Origin: a virus
Length of the DNA: 64,000 nt
IMG/VR virus record: IMGVR_UViG_3300028800_000005
Span: 1 to 64,000 of that record
Direction: 5' to 3' (one strand)
This document shows positions 9,184 through 18,146 of the stretch, piece by piece (position 1 is the stretch's first letter; each line of letters begins with the position of its first letter). Below the pieces are notes generated by a model. It was given only the letters and a program-made list of their open reading frames with translations. It ran no database searches and had not been told where the DNA came from. A program made the position numbers and the translations under genes.

Positions 9184-11007
9184 ATGACTAACCAAGTGTT
9201 CCCAGACGCGGCGAGCACACCAGTAGGGCAGCGCGGCTGGACAGTGCAGGACCCCGGCACCGGAGCGGACCAGGGCCTGACCGGGGTTGCTGGGTTTACC
9301 ACGTCGGGTACCCTGCCACTGGGCGGCGCGACCACTGCGACATTTGACGTTCGGAGATTCGGCGCTGTTTGTGACGGTGCTACGGATGACACGGCTGCGG
9401 TCATCGCGGCTTACTCTGCCGCGAACGGAACAGGCATCGTAACCTTTCCCCCGGGTACCACGACCTGTGTCCAGGGGAACATTAACCCGGCGGGTGCCCC
9501 GACGTGGGGACTCGGTGCGACCGTTAAGTTCCTGAATGGTATTACCCCGACGCACGCGATGTTCACCCCGGCTGGTGCCTGCTCATTCTACGGGCTTACC
9601 TTCGACCTGAACTCAGCGAACACCACTAACCCCGCGAACCTAAACCAGGGCGCGGCTATCTACGCGGTGAACTCAGCCGGTTGGTCCGGGACAATACGCA
9701 TCAGCCGGTGCACGGTGATGAACGGGTGGCAGTGCGGTATCGCCTTTTACACCACCGGGCAGACGAATGCCCTGAACGTTTCCGCTAGCGCATTCGCGGT
9801 AACGGACTGTGAGATCTTCGGGAACGGAAAGATCGGCGTCTACCTGAACGAGGTCTCCGACGGGGTTGTCTCGAACAACTTCATACACAACAATGGCACG
9901 TCAGGCATCTACGAGAACGTCAGCCTGCGTAACAGGTTCACCAGCAACAGTTGTGTCGCGAATACAAGCGACGGGATCGTTTCCGTCTACTCCTACGGCA
10001 CCCTGGTCACAGGTAATAACTGCACCGATAACGGGAACTCAGGGATCGTGATCGGCGGGGGCTCGACCACCGTGGCGGCCGGTACGCACTTCACGATCAC
10101 CGGGAATACCTGCCGTAACAACGGGCACACCGTTCCGGGGCACGGCATCGACATCGACACCACGCTGACCGGCGGGCCGACAACCCCCGTCCCGGCCTAC
10201 GGGTCAATTTCCGGGAACACCTGCGACTCGAACGTCGACCACGGTATCTACGTGAACAACAGCCAGTACGTCTCGGTCACCGGGAACGTCTGTAACTCGA
10301 ACGGCCTGGACGGTATTATCCTCACCGCCCAGAACGCGTCGGTCAGCGGGAACATTCTTACCGGGAACACTAACGGACTGGGCATCAATAACGGCGGCGG
10401 GCACCAGCTCGGCAGTAACTACATTGCCGGTAACTCCAGTCACCAGATCTATGACATCGGATCGATAGCAAGTGTGTATACCCCGGCCGGAGTGGTATCC
10501 CCTGGCGGGACTTCAAGTTACCTTCGGGCAGACGGGAACTGGGGTACCCCGGCCACGTCGACAGCGGGGGCAGTACTGGGGACATGCCAGTACGCACCTG
10601 CGACCTTGGCGCATTTCCAGACTAGCAGCGTAACGATAGCGCCAATGGACACCGCCCACCTGACAGTGTCGTTCACCGCTCCGGCCTCCGGCAACATCAT
10701 GGTCATCCTGTCCGCCTGCGCCGCCGCGCCTAGCACAGCGGTAGAAGTTGTCTGGGCCCTGACGGACCATACTTCCGGGGCCATTTACGGTAACCAGCAG
10801 TCCGTCTGCCAGACAACCGCTCCGAACCATTACACCGTGCAAGTCATGGTTTCCGGATTGACCCCGGGGACTGTTTACCAGATGGACTGGGCCCAGGGAT
10901 CGAGCACGGCCAGCAGCCAGGTAACGACTTATGCAATGGGCGTATCCAGTCTTACCGCATCGCCTTCCAATCACTCACCGGCTACCATGACGGTGTTCTC
11001 CCTGTAG
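9184..11007 (+). CDS. Right-handed beta-helix (pectate lyase 3-like) spike/depolymerase
   Basis: DVRRFGAVCDGATDDTAAV motif followed by many (I/V)TGN.C..N...GI repeats. Confidence 0.85.
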   Translation: MTNQVFPDAASTPVGQRGWTVQDPGTGADQGLTGVAGFTTSGTLPLGGATTATFDVRRFGAVCDGATDDTAAVIAAYSAANGTGIVTFPPGTTTCVQGNINPAGAPTWGLGATVKFLNGITPTHAMFTPAGACSFYGLTFDLNSANTTNPANLNQGAAIYAVNSAGWSGTIRISRCTVMNGWQCGIAFYTTGQTNALNVSASAFAVTDCEIFGNGKIGVYLNEVSDGVVSNNFIHNNGTSGIYENVSLRNRFTSNSCVANTSDGIVSVYSYGTLVTGNNCTDNGNSGIVIGGGSTTVAAGTHFTITGNTCRNNGHTVPGHGIDIDTTLTGGPTTPVPAYGSISGNTCDSNVDHGIYVNNSQYVSVTGNVCNSNGLDGIILTAQNASVSGNILTGNTNGLGINNGGGHQLGSNYIAGNSSHQIYDIGSIASVYTPAGVVSPGGTSSYLRADGNWGTPATSTAGAVLGTCQYAPATLAHFQTSSVTIAPMDTAHLTVSFTAPASGNIMVILSACAAAPSTAVEVVWALTDHTSGAIYGNQQSVCQTTAPNHYTVQVMVSGLTPGTVYQMDWAQGSSTASSQVTTYAMGVSSLTASPSNHSPATMTVFSL

Positions 11008-11012
11008 GGATC

Positions 11013-11040
11013 ACAATTCCAAGGGCCCGCATAGTACTCT
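11013..11040 (+). promoter_or_regulatory. Putative late promoter ACAAT-N17-TACTCT
   Basis: Intergenic; matches the motif at 2717, 4410 and 17602. Confidence 0.55.
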
Positions 11041-11082
11041 GGTAAGCGGACCTCCTCTTCGCAAGAAGGAAGAATATAGACA

Positions 11083-11487
11083 ATGGGCAATAACGTTTTC
11101 GATGACAAGGCGTACAACACGCCCATGGACGCCTATGGCTGGAACGTGCAGAACTCAGCCACGGGTACCGACCAGAACCTTACGGGGGTCGCTGGCGTTA
11201 CCGGCGCGTCCCTGGCTACCAAGGTCGTGCTACAGCCTACCACCGGTCAGGGCTCGTTCACGTCCCCCGCTGGTGTCTCTGCCTCTGGTCAGGGCTCGTT
11301 CGCTGGTACGTCTGGTGACGCTACCGCTGCGAAGCTCTCGGACCTCAAGGCCGTCGCCGCTCTTGTCGACTCACTGAGCACGCAGATCAAGACGCTAGCG
11401 AAGCTCGCGGACCTCCAGACGGTCGCGGCTGACCACGACACGCTGAACGCCGCGATGCGTACGGCTGGCCTGGAAGCCACTAGCTGA
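11083..11487 (+). CDS. Putative head fibre/decoration protein
   Basis: N-terminus similar to that of 9184 CDS; C-terminal coiled coil ending LNAAMRTAGL. Confidence 0.6.
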   Translation: MGNNVFDDKAYNTPMDAYGWNVQNSATGTDQNLTGVAGVTGASLATKVVLQPTTGQGSFTSPAGVSASGQGSFAGTSGDATAAKLSDLKAVAALVDSLSTQIKTLAKLADLQTVAADHDTLNAAMRTAGLEATS

Positions 11488-11849
11488 TGGCCACAGTTAA
11501 CCCGGGTAATAGCGGCGGTGTCCGTACGGATACCGGCGCTACCTCGGGGTCCACGGGACTAGCTACGATAACGTTCGCGACTAAGTACGCGGCTGTCGAG
11601 GTGAAGAACCTAGACGGGACGAATCCCCTGTACATCACCACGGGCTCAGTTGCCGCCGCTGTCGGCGGGGGTAATGACGAGTACGTCGCTGGCCCGGGGG
11701 AGCGCGTCCTGGTTCCGAACAATGTCGAGCTGTGGTGGCAGGGCTACGGCGGCATCGACGGTACCCTCGTTAATCCCGGAACGACCGTGAATATCGCCGC
11801 CATCGACAACCACACCGCTAGCAAGTTCGAAGTCAACGCAACCTGCTGA
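11487..11849 (+). CDS. Hypothetical beta-rich virion protein
   Basis: Translationally coupled ORF with phage-like codon usage. Confidence 0.65.
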   Translation: MATVNPGNSGGVRTDTGATSGSTGLATITFATKYAAVEVKNLDGTNPLYITTGSVAAAVGGGNDEYVAGPGERVLVPNNVELWWQGYGGIDGTLVNPGTTVNIAAIDNHTASKFEVNATC

Positions 11850-11863
11850 TAGGAAGAAACAAA

Positions 11864-12283
11864 ATGGCTTTTGACCAGGACAAGGTCTCCCCTCTCGGCC
11901 CGGTTATCCTGCCGCCCGAGCGCCAGGGCACCACGTACGAGGCTAAGGGTGCTCCGAATGCCCCCGGCGGGCGCGGTCCCCTGCGCTTCGAGTCCGGCAC
12001 CGCGACTGACACGGACGTTCCGAGTGAGTTCGTGAACGGCATCCGGCAGGGCTATGAGACGGCCCCCGGCCGCCCGAACAACAACAAGAACGTTTTCGAG
12101 AAGTGGCCCGAGGAGACTGTCCGCGAGCGTGCCCACATGGGTTCCTCGGCCTGGACCTCCGCGCCCACGATGCTTGGTGACTTCGCTGAAGGCGCGGGCA
12201 CCGAGGCTGAGCAGAAGTACGTGGAGATCGACAGGACCGGTTCCTCGTACATGCGGGTCAACCCGGCGCGCGTCACCGATTGA
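11864..12283 (+). CDS. Conserved virion-associated protein of actinobacterial myoviruses
   Basis: RGPLRFE.G.ATDTDVP..F and ERAH.GS..W..AP motifs recalled from the pre-portal region of related phages. Confidence 0.6.
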   Translation: MAFDQDKVSPLGPVILPPERQGTTYEAKGAPNAPGGRGPLRFESGTATDTDVPSEFVNGIRQGYETAPGRPNNNKNVFEKWPEETVRERAHMGSSAWTSAPTMLGDFAEGAGTEAEQKYVEIDRTGSSYMRVNPARVTD

Positions 12284-12292
12284 TCCAGGACG

Positions 12293-12556
12293 ATGGTCGA
12301 CTTCAACGACCGCCGCCCGAATGCCGACCCTGATCCTGACGACTACGAGCGGCCACTGACACGCCAGACCCTGACGGAAGCTAACCGACGTTTCCGCCAG
12401 ACTGGCGTTCAGGCAGTTATTCACACTGACCCGAAGACCGCCGATAGGATAGTGCGCAGGAGCATAAAGGAGAGATTCAACTCTCGCCGCAAGGGGCTCG
12501 AAGATTTCGATTCAGTCGGGGCATACTTGGACTACCTAAAGGGGCAGGTGACGTGA
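12293..12556 (+). CDS. Hypothetical protein
   Basis: SD AGGA, coupled to next gene. Confidence 0.6.
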   Translation: MVDFNDRRPNADPDPDDYERPLTRQTLTEANRRFRQTGVQAVIHTDPKTADRIVRRSIKERFNSRRKGLEDFDSVGAYLDYLKGQVT

Positions 12557-12849
12557 TGCTGGCAAGCGCAGTCACCGCGTTGCTTAGCTGGCCCTACGGT
12601 CTTGGCCTGATCACTAACATCGCAGCCAGTATCGTTTGCGCCGTTGTCGGATGGTTCTGGCTGCTGAGGAAGATTCACTGCTCGGAGCCACATTGTTTCC
12701 GCCCGGGACGGCACCCGGTTGAGGGGACAACGTTCCGCACTTGCCAGAAGCACACCACGCAGGAAGTTCATGAGCGCCTGCACAAGGTGCACGCCGAGAA
12801 GTTCCCGGAGCAGCACGCGCACCTGAATTCCGGGGCAGCTAATGGCTGA
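12553..12849 (+). CDS. Small membrane protein with Cys/His-rich tail
   Basis: Hydrophobic N-terminal half, then HC....C.R.GRHP......C.KH. Confidence 0.65.
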   Translation: MMLASAVTALLSWPYGLGLITNIAASIVCAVVGWFWLLRKIHCSEPHCFRPGRHPVEGTTFRTCQKHTTQEVHERLHKVHAEKFPEQHAHLNSGAANG

Positions 12850-13024
12850 GTGCACGCACCACTGGCAGGACTGCCCGGAACATAACCCGGACCATGGGTT
12901 GCCCTCACTGATAACAGTAACGGACTGCCTTTACGGTGGTCTGCAGACAGTCGACGGAGACCCGTGGGACACGCATGACTCAGAAGAGGTCTGGGACCGT
13001 GTGTTCAAAAGGATTCTGCCATGA
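12842..13024 (+). CDS. Hypothetical protein
   Basis: Overlap-coupled small ORF. Confidence 0.5.
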   Translation: MAECTHHWQDCPEHNPDHGLPSLITVTDCLYGGLQTVDGDPWDTHDSEEVWDRVFKRILP

Positions 13025-13173
13025 AGGCGGGTCCGGACTCAGTGTTCATGAACTGTCCTTTCTGCGGGAAGATAATGTTCTTCAAGACGTTCCACATGCG
13101 CCAGCACGTCCGGCGCATCGTCCTGATGGCCCGCTGGTACACCACGAACAAGATGCCAGGCACCAATGGCTGA
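13021..13173 (+). CDS. Small C2H2-like zinc-finger protein (50 aa, not in ORF track)
   Basis: MKAGPDSVFMNCPFCGKIMFFKTFHMRQHVRR...; ATGA overlap with upstream gene. Confidence 0.5.
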   Translation: MKAGPDSVFMNCPFCGKIMFFKTFHMRQHVRRIVLMARWYTTNKMPGTNG

Positions 13174-13798
13174 GGTTACAAAGAGCTGCTACACCTGCAA
13201 GCAGGATAAGCCCTTGTCGGACTACCAGAAAAACAAGGCTAAGAAAGACGGCCTGGAGCATCGCTGCCGCGCATGCAATAATGCTCGCATCCGAGCTGCG
13301 TATGCCAAGGACCCAGCTAAGAAGATTGCCGCCACACGCCAGTATCATTTGGATCACCCAGAGTGGTCCAAGACAGTACTACGTGAGTGGCACGAGCAGA
13401 ACGCTGAACGACGTTACCAGGAATATCTGGAGCGGGGCAAAGACCCCGAAGTTGCTGCTAAGCGCCGGGACGCCTCACGCCGGAGTGAATCCAGGCGGCG
13501 TGCCTTGATGGCTGGCGGCACCCTAGTAGATCACATTTCATCAGACGACCTTGATAGGGTTCTAGTAGAATACCAAGGGCGTTGCTGGATTTGTCACGTC
13601 GACCTGGCAACTGTTGACCTTCATTGGGACCACTATAAGCCTCTGGCGAAGGGCGGTGAGCACACGTTGGCTAACCTACGGCCTTCGTGTTCCGACTGCA
13701 ACGTCAGAAAGAATAGTATCTGGCCATTGACCGAGGAGCGTCTAGACGCAATTCGGCGCGCGGTGGGAATACTGCGCGAACCTAAGGAGGTGATGTAA
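13166..13798 (+). CDS. HNH endonuclease (free-standing, homing type)
   Basis: N-terminal CxxC...KDG...CxxC; CWIC...HWDHYKPLAKGGEHTLANLRPSCSDCNVRK. Confidence 0.92.
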   Translation: MAEVTKSCYTCKQDKPLSDYQKNKAKKDGLEHRCRACNNARIRAAYAKDPAKKIAATRQYHLDHPEWSKTVLREWHEQNAERRYQEYLERGKDPEVAAKRRDASRRSESRRRALMAGGTLVDHISSDDLDRVLVEYQGRCWICHVDLATVDLHWDHYKPLAKGGEHTLANLRPSCSDCNVRKNSIWPLTEERLDAIRRAVGILREPKEVM

Positions 13799-13802
13799 GA
13801 CA

Positions 13803-15550
13803 ATGTCTATCGACTTCCCCAGTGCCAGCATGCGTGCGGCCGGTGGTGATCTGGCGATTCAGGTGTCTCCTCTCGGACTTATTGATATCTCCGAAGAGGA
13901 GTTCTTACCTTCGAAGTTCACGGTCCCCGGGTCATTAGGTACGCTAACAATTGGGCGTTCTATTTGGGCCATCACTGGATGTACAGGAAAAATGCGGGTG
14001 AACCGCAACTAACGTTTAACCACGTTAGGGCATTGTCCTTAGCGTCCGACTTCATGACGAACTTCACGTTCTCAAAGGGCGTGACGTTCAAAGTCAACAA
14101 GATGTTCCAGCACATCACCCCGGCCCTGCTCGGCCGGATCTTTGACAAGGACAATAACCGGCAGCAGTTCCTGTGGTCGATCGGGCAGCAGGGCGGGGTA
14201 TCCGGCGACTGCTTCGTCAAGGTAGCGTACGCTGAGCCAGGTACTGAGGCCGCTGACCCGATGACCGGCGCTGGCCGTGTCATGCTGATGGTCCTGCAGC
14301 CGTCACACTGCTTCCCCGAGTGGCACCCTCACCTCCCCGGCAAGATGACCAAGTTCACCATGAAGTACAAGTTCTGGGGAACGCAGCCGGACGGTACACG
14401 CGTGGTTAACACGTACGTCGAGGAAATCACTGACGACACAATCAAGGAATACATTAACGACGAGCTGTTCCGGGACGACCAGAACCCGCTCGGGCGTATT
14501 CCCGTTGTCCATATCGCGAACGTCCCGGTCTCCGGTTCCCCGTGGGGACTCTCGGACATCGACCAGATCATTCCGATCAACCGGGAGTACAACGAGAAGG
14601 CCACCGAGATATCGGACATCATTAACTACCACGTGTCTCCTATCACGGTAGTCACTGGCGGCCACCCGCCGAACCTTGAGCGCGGGCCCGCTAAGATCTG
14701 GGGCATCGGGAACGAGAAGGCTAGCGTCTTCAACCTAGAAGGCGGGACCGCTGGCCTTGCTCCCGCGATGGAGTACCTTGAAGTTCTCCGGATGCGGATG
14801 CATGAGTACGGCCACGTCCCGGCAAACGCCCTGGGTGAGCCGCAGCCGATCTCTAATACCTCCGGTGTCGCGCTGGCAATTCAGTACATGCCAACGATGC
14901 AGCACTACAATCTCAAGAAGGTCCAGTACAGCACCGGCCTGAAGGAGATCGCCCAGCTATCGCTGATGACCCTGTTCCTCAAGGAGCCTGAAACCGTCCA
15001 GTACGACGAGTACACGGACGGCATCCTTGACGAGACACTAGGCCAGCAGCCAACCCTCAGTCCTAAGGACCCGGCCGTTTACGACCTGGAAGTCGAATGG
15101 CCCGCGCCGCTGCCAGTAGACATCCTGATCAAGCTGAACGAGATCCAGCAGAAGATGGAACTCGGACTGGAGTCACGCAAGGGCGCGATGCGGGACCTCA
15201 ATGAGGAGTACCCGGACGAGAAGCTCCAGGAGCTTCGCGAGGAAATGATGCAGGACGCCAAGTGGGACGCTGAGCTGCGTATTTTCAATTCGCAAGTAGC
15301 GGCTGCTATCATGGCGTTTACTGGGGTAATTCCCCCGGACCAGGGAGAGCCAGTACCACCGGAGTCACCTGAGCCAGGGAGTAACAGCCAGAGCGCTAAC
15401 GCACCACAGCAGGTTACGGCACAACAGCCCACGCTGCCAGCCGGTCTGCAAAAGGTGCAGGACGCGATGATAAATGAGCTAGTGACGAACGCCTTCTCAC
15501 CGAGGGTCCCGCTCCGGCGGAACTTCGATACGAACGACACGAACTCATGA
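13803..15550 (+). CDS. Portal protein, split across two frames (join 13803-13904 with 13913-15550), probably by programmed ribosomal bypass
   Basis: Strong SD GGAGGTGA before ATG 13803. Joined sequence reads MSIDF...SPLGLIDISEEEF/EVHGPRVIRYANNWAFYLGHHW. Downstream SPP1-type portal motifs NPLGRIPVVHIAN...WGLSDI and SNTSGVAL. Located before scaffold and capsid. Confidence 0.88.
13902..13912 (+). other. Candidate bypass site 1: take-off TTC, hungry TTA, landing TTC (8-nt gap)
   Basis: GAG GAG TTC|TTA CC TTC|GAA GTT CAC. Confidence 0.75.
14036..14047 (+). other. Candidate bypass site 2: take-off TCC, hungry TTA, landing TCC (9-nt in-frame gap)
   Basis: GCA TTG TCC|TTA GCG TCC|GAC TTC. Confidence 0.65.
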
Positions 15551-15608
15551 CAGAACAACACAGGTAAACATCGGGGCTTACTCGGAGAACCAGACCGCAA
15601 AGGAAATC

Positions 15609-16490
15609 GTGAAAATGAACAAGAGCAGCACCCCCGGGACCATCATTGGTTACCGAAAGAACGGGTCACCGATCCGCCTGATTGCCGGTGGGTCCGACAC
15701 GGGGCAAGAGCCGCTAGCTCCGGTTCAGGAGCCGACCGTCCCCGTCACCGGGTTCTCCCAGGACCAGCTTTACGCGGCGATGGAAAAGGCTCGCAGCGAG
15801 GAGAGGGCGAAGCTCCATACCCGCCTGGAAAGCATGCAAAGCAATTTCAGTTCGCAGGAGGAGCTTCTCAAGGAACTGAAGGCCAAGGAAGACGAGCGCG
15901 CTGCTGCCGCTGCCGCCGAGGCTGAGCGCCTGGCTGCGGAGCAGAAGGCGGCCGAGGAAGAGAAGCTTTCCCTCCGGCAGATCATGGACAAGCGCGAGCA
16001 GGAGAACACGGCTAAGTTCCTGGAGCTGCAGCATGAGCTTCAGCGCCGTGACGCGATTATCCAGAAGGAGCGCGAGCGCGCCGAGCTAGACCTATACCGG
16101 GAGCGTGCCGTCGCCGCTGCCCGGGAGCCCCGTCCCGACCAGAACCACTTTGGTATCGCGGACGAATTCATTGACCTGGTGCAAGGGAGTACTCCCGAGG
16201 AGATCGATAACAGCGTCGCTAATATGGTGGCGCGAACTCGGAGTATCCTGGAAGGAGTGCAGCAGGCGCAGTTGAATGCGCAGGCTCGCATGCCGGGCGT
16301 TTCTCCTAACGCTGGGAACTTCGGGCCAGTGGAAACCGCTGGATCAACCCGGCAGTACTCAGGGGAAGAGATCGCTGCGATGGACCCGAACTCCCCGGAG
16401 TTCCAGGCCCTTCGCACACAATATGGCATGGGCCGTTCAACAAGCAACCGAGGCATGTTCGGAAACTCGAACCAAGGTTACTTCGGCTAA
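15609..16490 (+). CDS. Capsid scaffolding protein
   Basis: Highly charged coiled coil between portal and capsid genes. Confidence 0.8.
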   Translation: MKMNKSSTPGTIIGYRKNGSPIRLIAGGSDTGQEPLAPVQEPTVPVTGFSQDQLYAAMEKARSEERAKLHTRLESMQSNFSSQEELLKELKAKEDERAAAAAAEAERLAAEQKAAEEEKLSLRQIMDKREQENTAKFLELQHELQRRDAIIQKERERAELDLYRERAVAAAREPRPDQNHFGIADEFIDLVQGSTPEEIDNSVANMVARTRSILEGVQQAQLNAQARMPGVSPNAGNFGPVETAGSTRQYSGEEIAAMDPNSPEFQALRTQYGMGRSTSNRGMFGNSNQGYFG

Positions 16491-16543
16491 AAAGAGAATG
16501 GTCGGCAAATGTTCCGGCCCAACAACACTCAAGGGAGTGACAC

Positions 16544-17545
16544 ATGGCAGGAAGTGCCATCGTCGGGACTAACTTTCTAGCTGCGGCTCCGACCGCCTAT
16601 CAGGGCGCGAACACCCAGCTTACCCCGGCCATTCAGACTTTGTGGTCCAAGGAAATCCTTTTCCAGGCCATGCCCATTCTGCGCTTCGAGCAGTTTGCGA
16701 TCAAGAAGACGGAGCTTAACCAGGCTCCCGGGACCACGATTAACTTCATGCGCTACAATAACCTGCCTGCGGCTTCGCAGCTCGTTGAAGGCGTCCGCAT
16801 GGAGACGACCCCGCTTACCGCGTCGCAGTTCTCGATCACCGTTGCTGAGCACGGCATGGCCGTCGCCACGACCGAGTTCCTCCTGAATGCCTCGTTCGAC
16901 GACGTCATGGCGTCGGCGGCCCGGCTTCTCGGCCGGAACATGGCCCTGTACCTGGACGCGTCCGCGCGGGACACCCTGCTGCAGGCCAGCTCGATCCTGT
17001 ACGGCTACAACAAGCCCGCTCTTGCCGGTAACATCCGGTCGGACCTGGCCCCCTACTCGCACGGCGTGCCCGCTGCGAACCGCGCGGCTCTCTCGGCCGG
17101 TAACTTCGCTCTTACGACCGCCATGGTCAAGGACGCGGTCCTGACCCTGGAGTCGAAGAACACGCCTCACCTTGGCGACGTTTACCCGACCTTCATCCAC
17201 CCGGCGCAGTCGCGGCAGCTTCGTGACGACCCCGAGTTCATCGAGGTCTCGAAGTACTCCCAGCCGGGTAGCTTCATGCTCGGTGAAATTGGCAGGTACA
17301 ACGACGCGGTCTTTATCACCACGACCCAGGTCGCTCCGAACTACGTCTCCGGCAGCTCCGGCGCGCAGTACCACGACGGCATCATGATCGGTGACAACGC
17401 CTTCGGACATGCCATCTCATTGCCGGTCGAACTTCGCGATTCGGGCATCTTGGACTATGGCCGTGAGCACGGCCTGGCCTGGTACGGGATCTGGGGCTTC
17501 GGCCTCATTACCGACCAGAGCGTCGTCATTCTGGAAACCAACTGA
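16544..17545 (+). CDS. Major capsid protein (N4 gp56-like/HK97 fold)
   Basis: WSKEILFQAMPILRFEQFA, PG.TINFMRY.NL, GEIGR, LAWYGIWG; SD GGAG; strong terminator follows. Confidence 0.92.
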   Translation: MAGSAIVGTNFLAAAPTAYQGANTQLTPAIQTLWSKEILFQAMPILRFEQFAIKKTELNQAPGTTINFMRYNNLPAASQLVEGVRMETTPLTASQFSITVAEHGMAVATTEFLLNASFDDVMASAARLLGRNMALYLDASARDTLLQASSILYGYNKPALAGNIRSDLAPYSHGVPAANRAALSAGNFALTTAMVKDAVLTLESKNTPHLGDVYPTFIHPAQSRQLRDDPEFIEVSKYSQPGSFMLGEIGRYNDAVFITTTQVAPNYVSGSSGAQYHDGIMIGDNAFGHAISLPVELRDSGILDYGREHGLAWYGIWGFGLITDQSVVILETN

Positions 17546-17568
17546 CCTAGTTCTGCTTGGTGGCAATT

Positions 17569-17594
17569 GGCCTCGGCTTCGGCCGGGGCCTTTT
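17569..17594 (+). terminator. Intrinsic terminator after major capsid gene
   Basis: GGCCTCGGC-TTCG-GCCGGGGCC-TTTT. Confidence 0.85.
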
Positions 17595-17601
17595 GCTGGT
17601 A

Positions 17602-17629
17602 ACAGTTCGGCGGGTCACTGGCCTAGAAT
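17602..17629 (+). promoter_or_regulatory. Putative late promoter ACAGT-N17-TAGAAT
   Basis: Immediately after the capsid terminator; matches the shared motif. Confidence 0.6.
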
Positions 17630-17671
17630 AGCTAACGTAGAACCAATCGAAGAACGTATAAGGGGCACGAC

Positions 17672-18130
17672 ATGCCAGCAGGAAACACCCGGGTTAACCG
17701 GACATCGGGCAAGGCCGCCCCCCAGCCGGGGGACGTTACCGCGCTCCGAACGCAGGCTCTTGAGGAGCAGCGTGACGAGGACCAGCGCGAGGCTAGCAAG
17801 CGCCTTTCGATGGCGTCCGAGGTCCAGGAGTACGAGAAGCAGAATGTCGTCATCGATTACACCGACGTCGACAACCCGCTCCCAGAGGTTCAGCCGGAAG
17901 ACGGCGACGATGACCGGCCTTACCGGGAAGTCACTATCAAGTACGACATCGACAATATGGTTTACGGTGTGAAGATCCTTAGGGAGGCTGAGTACGACGA
18001 GCGCGGTAATGTCACCCGCCCGGCAGACGTCGGCGGCCCGAGGTTCTTCTCCTTCAAGGAGGGACGCCGTTACCGCCTGCCTAAGCCTCTGGCGGACCAT
18101 TTGGACGAACGTGGTTACGTCTTCCACTGA
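17672..18130 (+). CDS. Conserved post-capsid protein
   Basis: C-terminal FKEGRRYRLPKPLADHLDERGYVFH, typical for this position. Confidence 0.7.
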   Translation: MPAGNTRVNRTSGKAAPQPGDVTALRTQALEEQRDEDQREASKRLSMASEVQEYEKQNVVIDYTDVDNPLPEVQPEDGDDDRPYREVTIKYDIDNMVYGVKILREAEYDERGNVTRPADVGGPRFFSFKEGRRYRLPKPLADHLDERGYVFH

Positions 18131-18146
18131 TCGGCAGGACTGACAA

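Noticed and set aside
13902-14047. Intron, intein or IS footprint as the cause of the portal break
   Set aside because: The inserts are only 8 and 9 nt, with no ribozyme core, intein motifs or transposase. Both start with in-frame TTA right after a codon that is repeated, which fits bypassing better. A pseudogene or assembly error cannot be fully excluded without reads.
13964-15550. Portal starting at TTG 13964 as in the ORF track
   Set aside because: No SD, and it would discard the well-initiated 13803 segment and the EVHGPR..NW stretch
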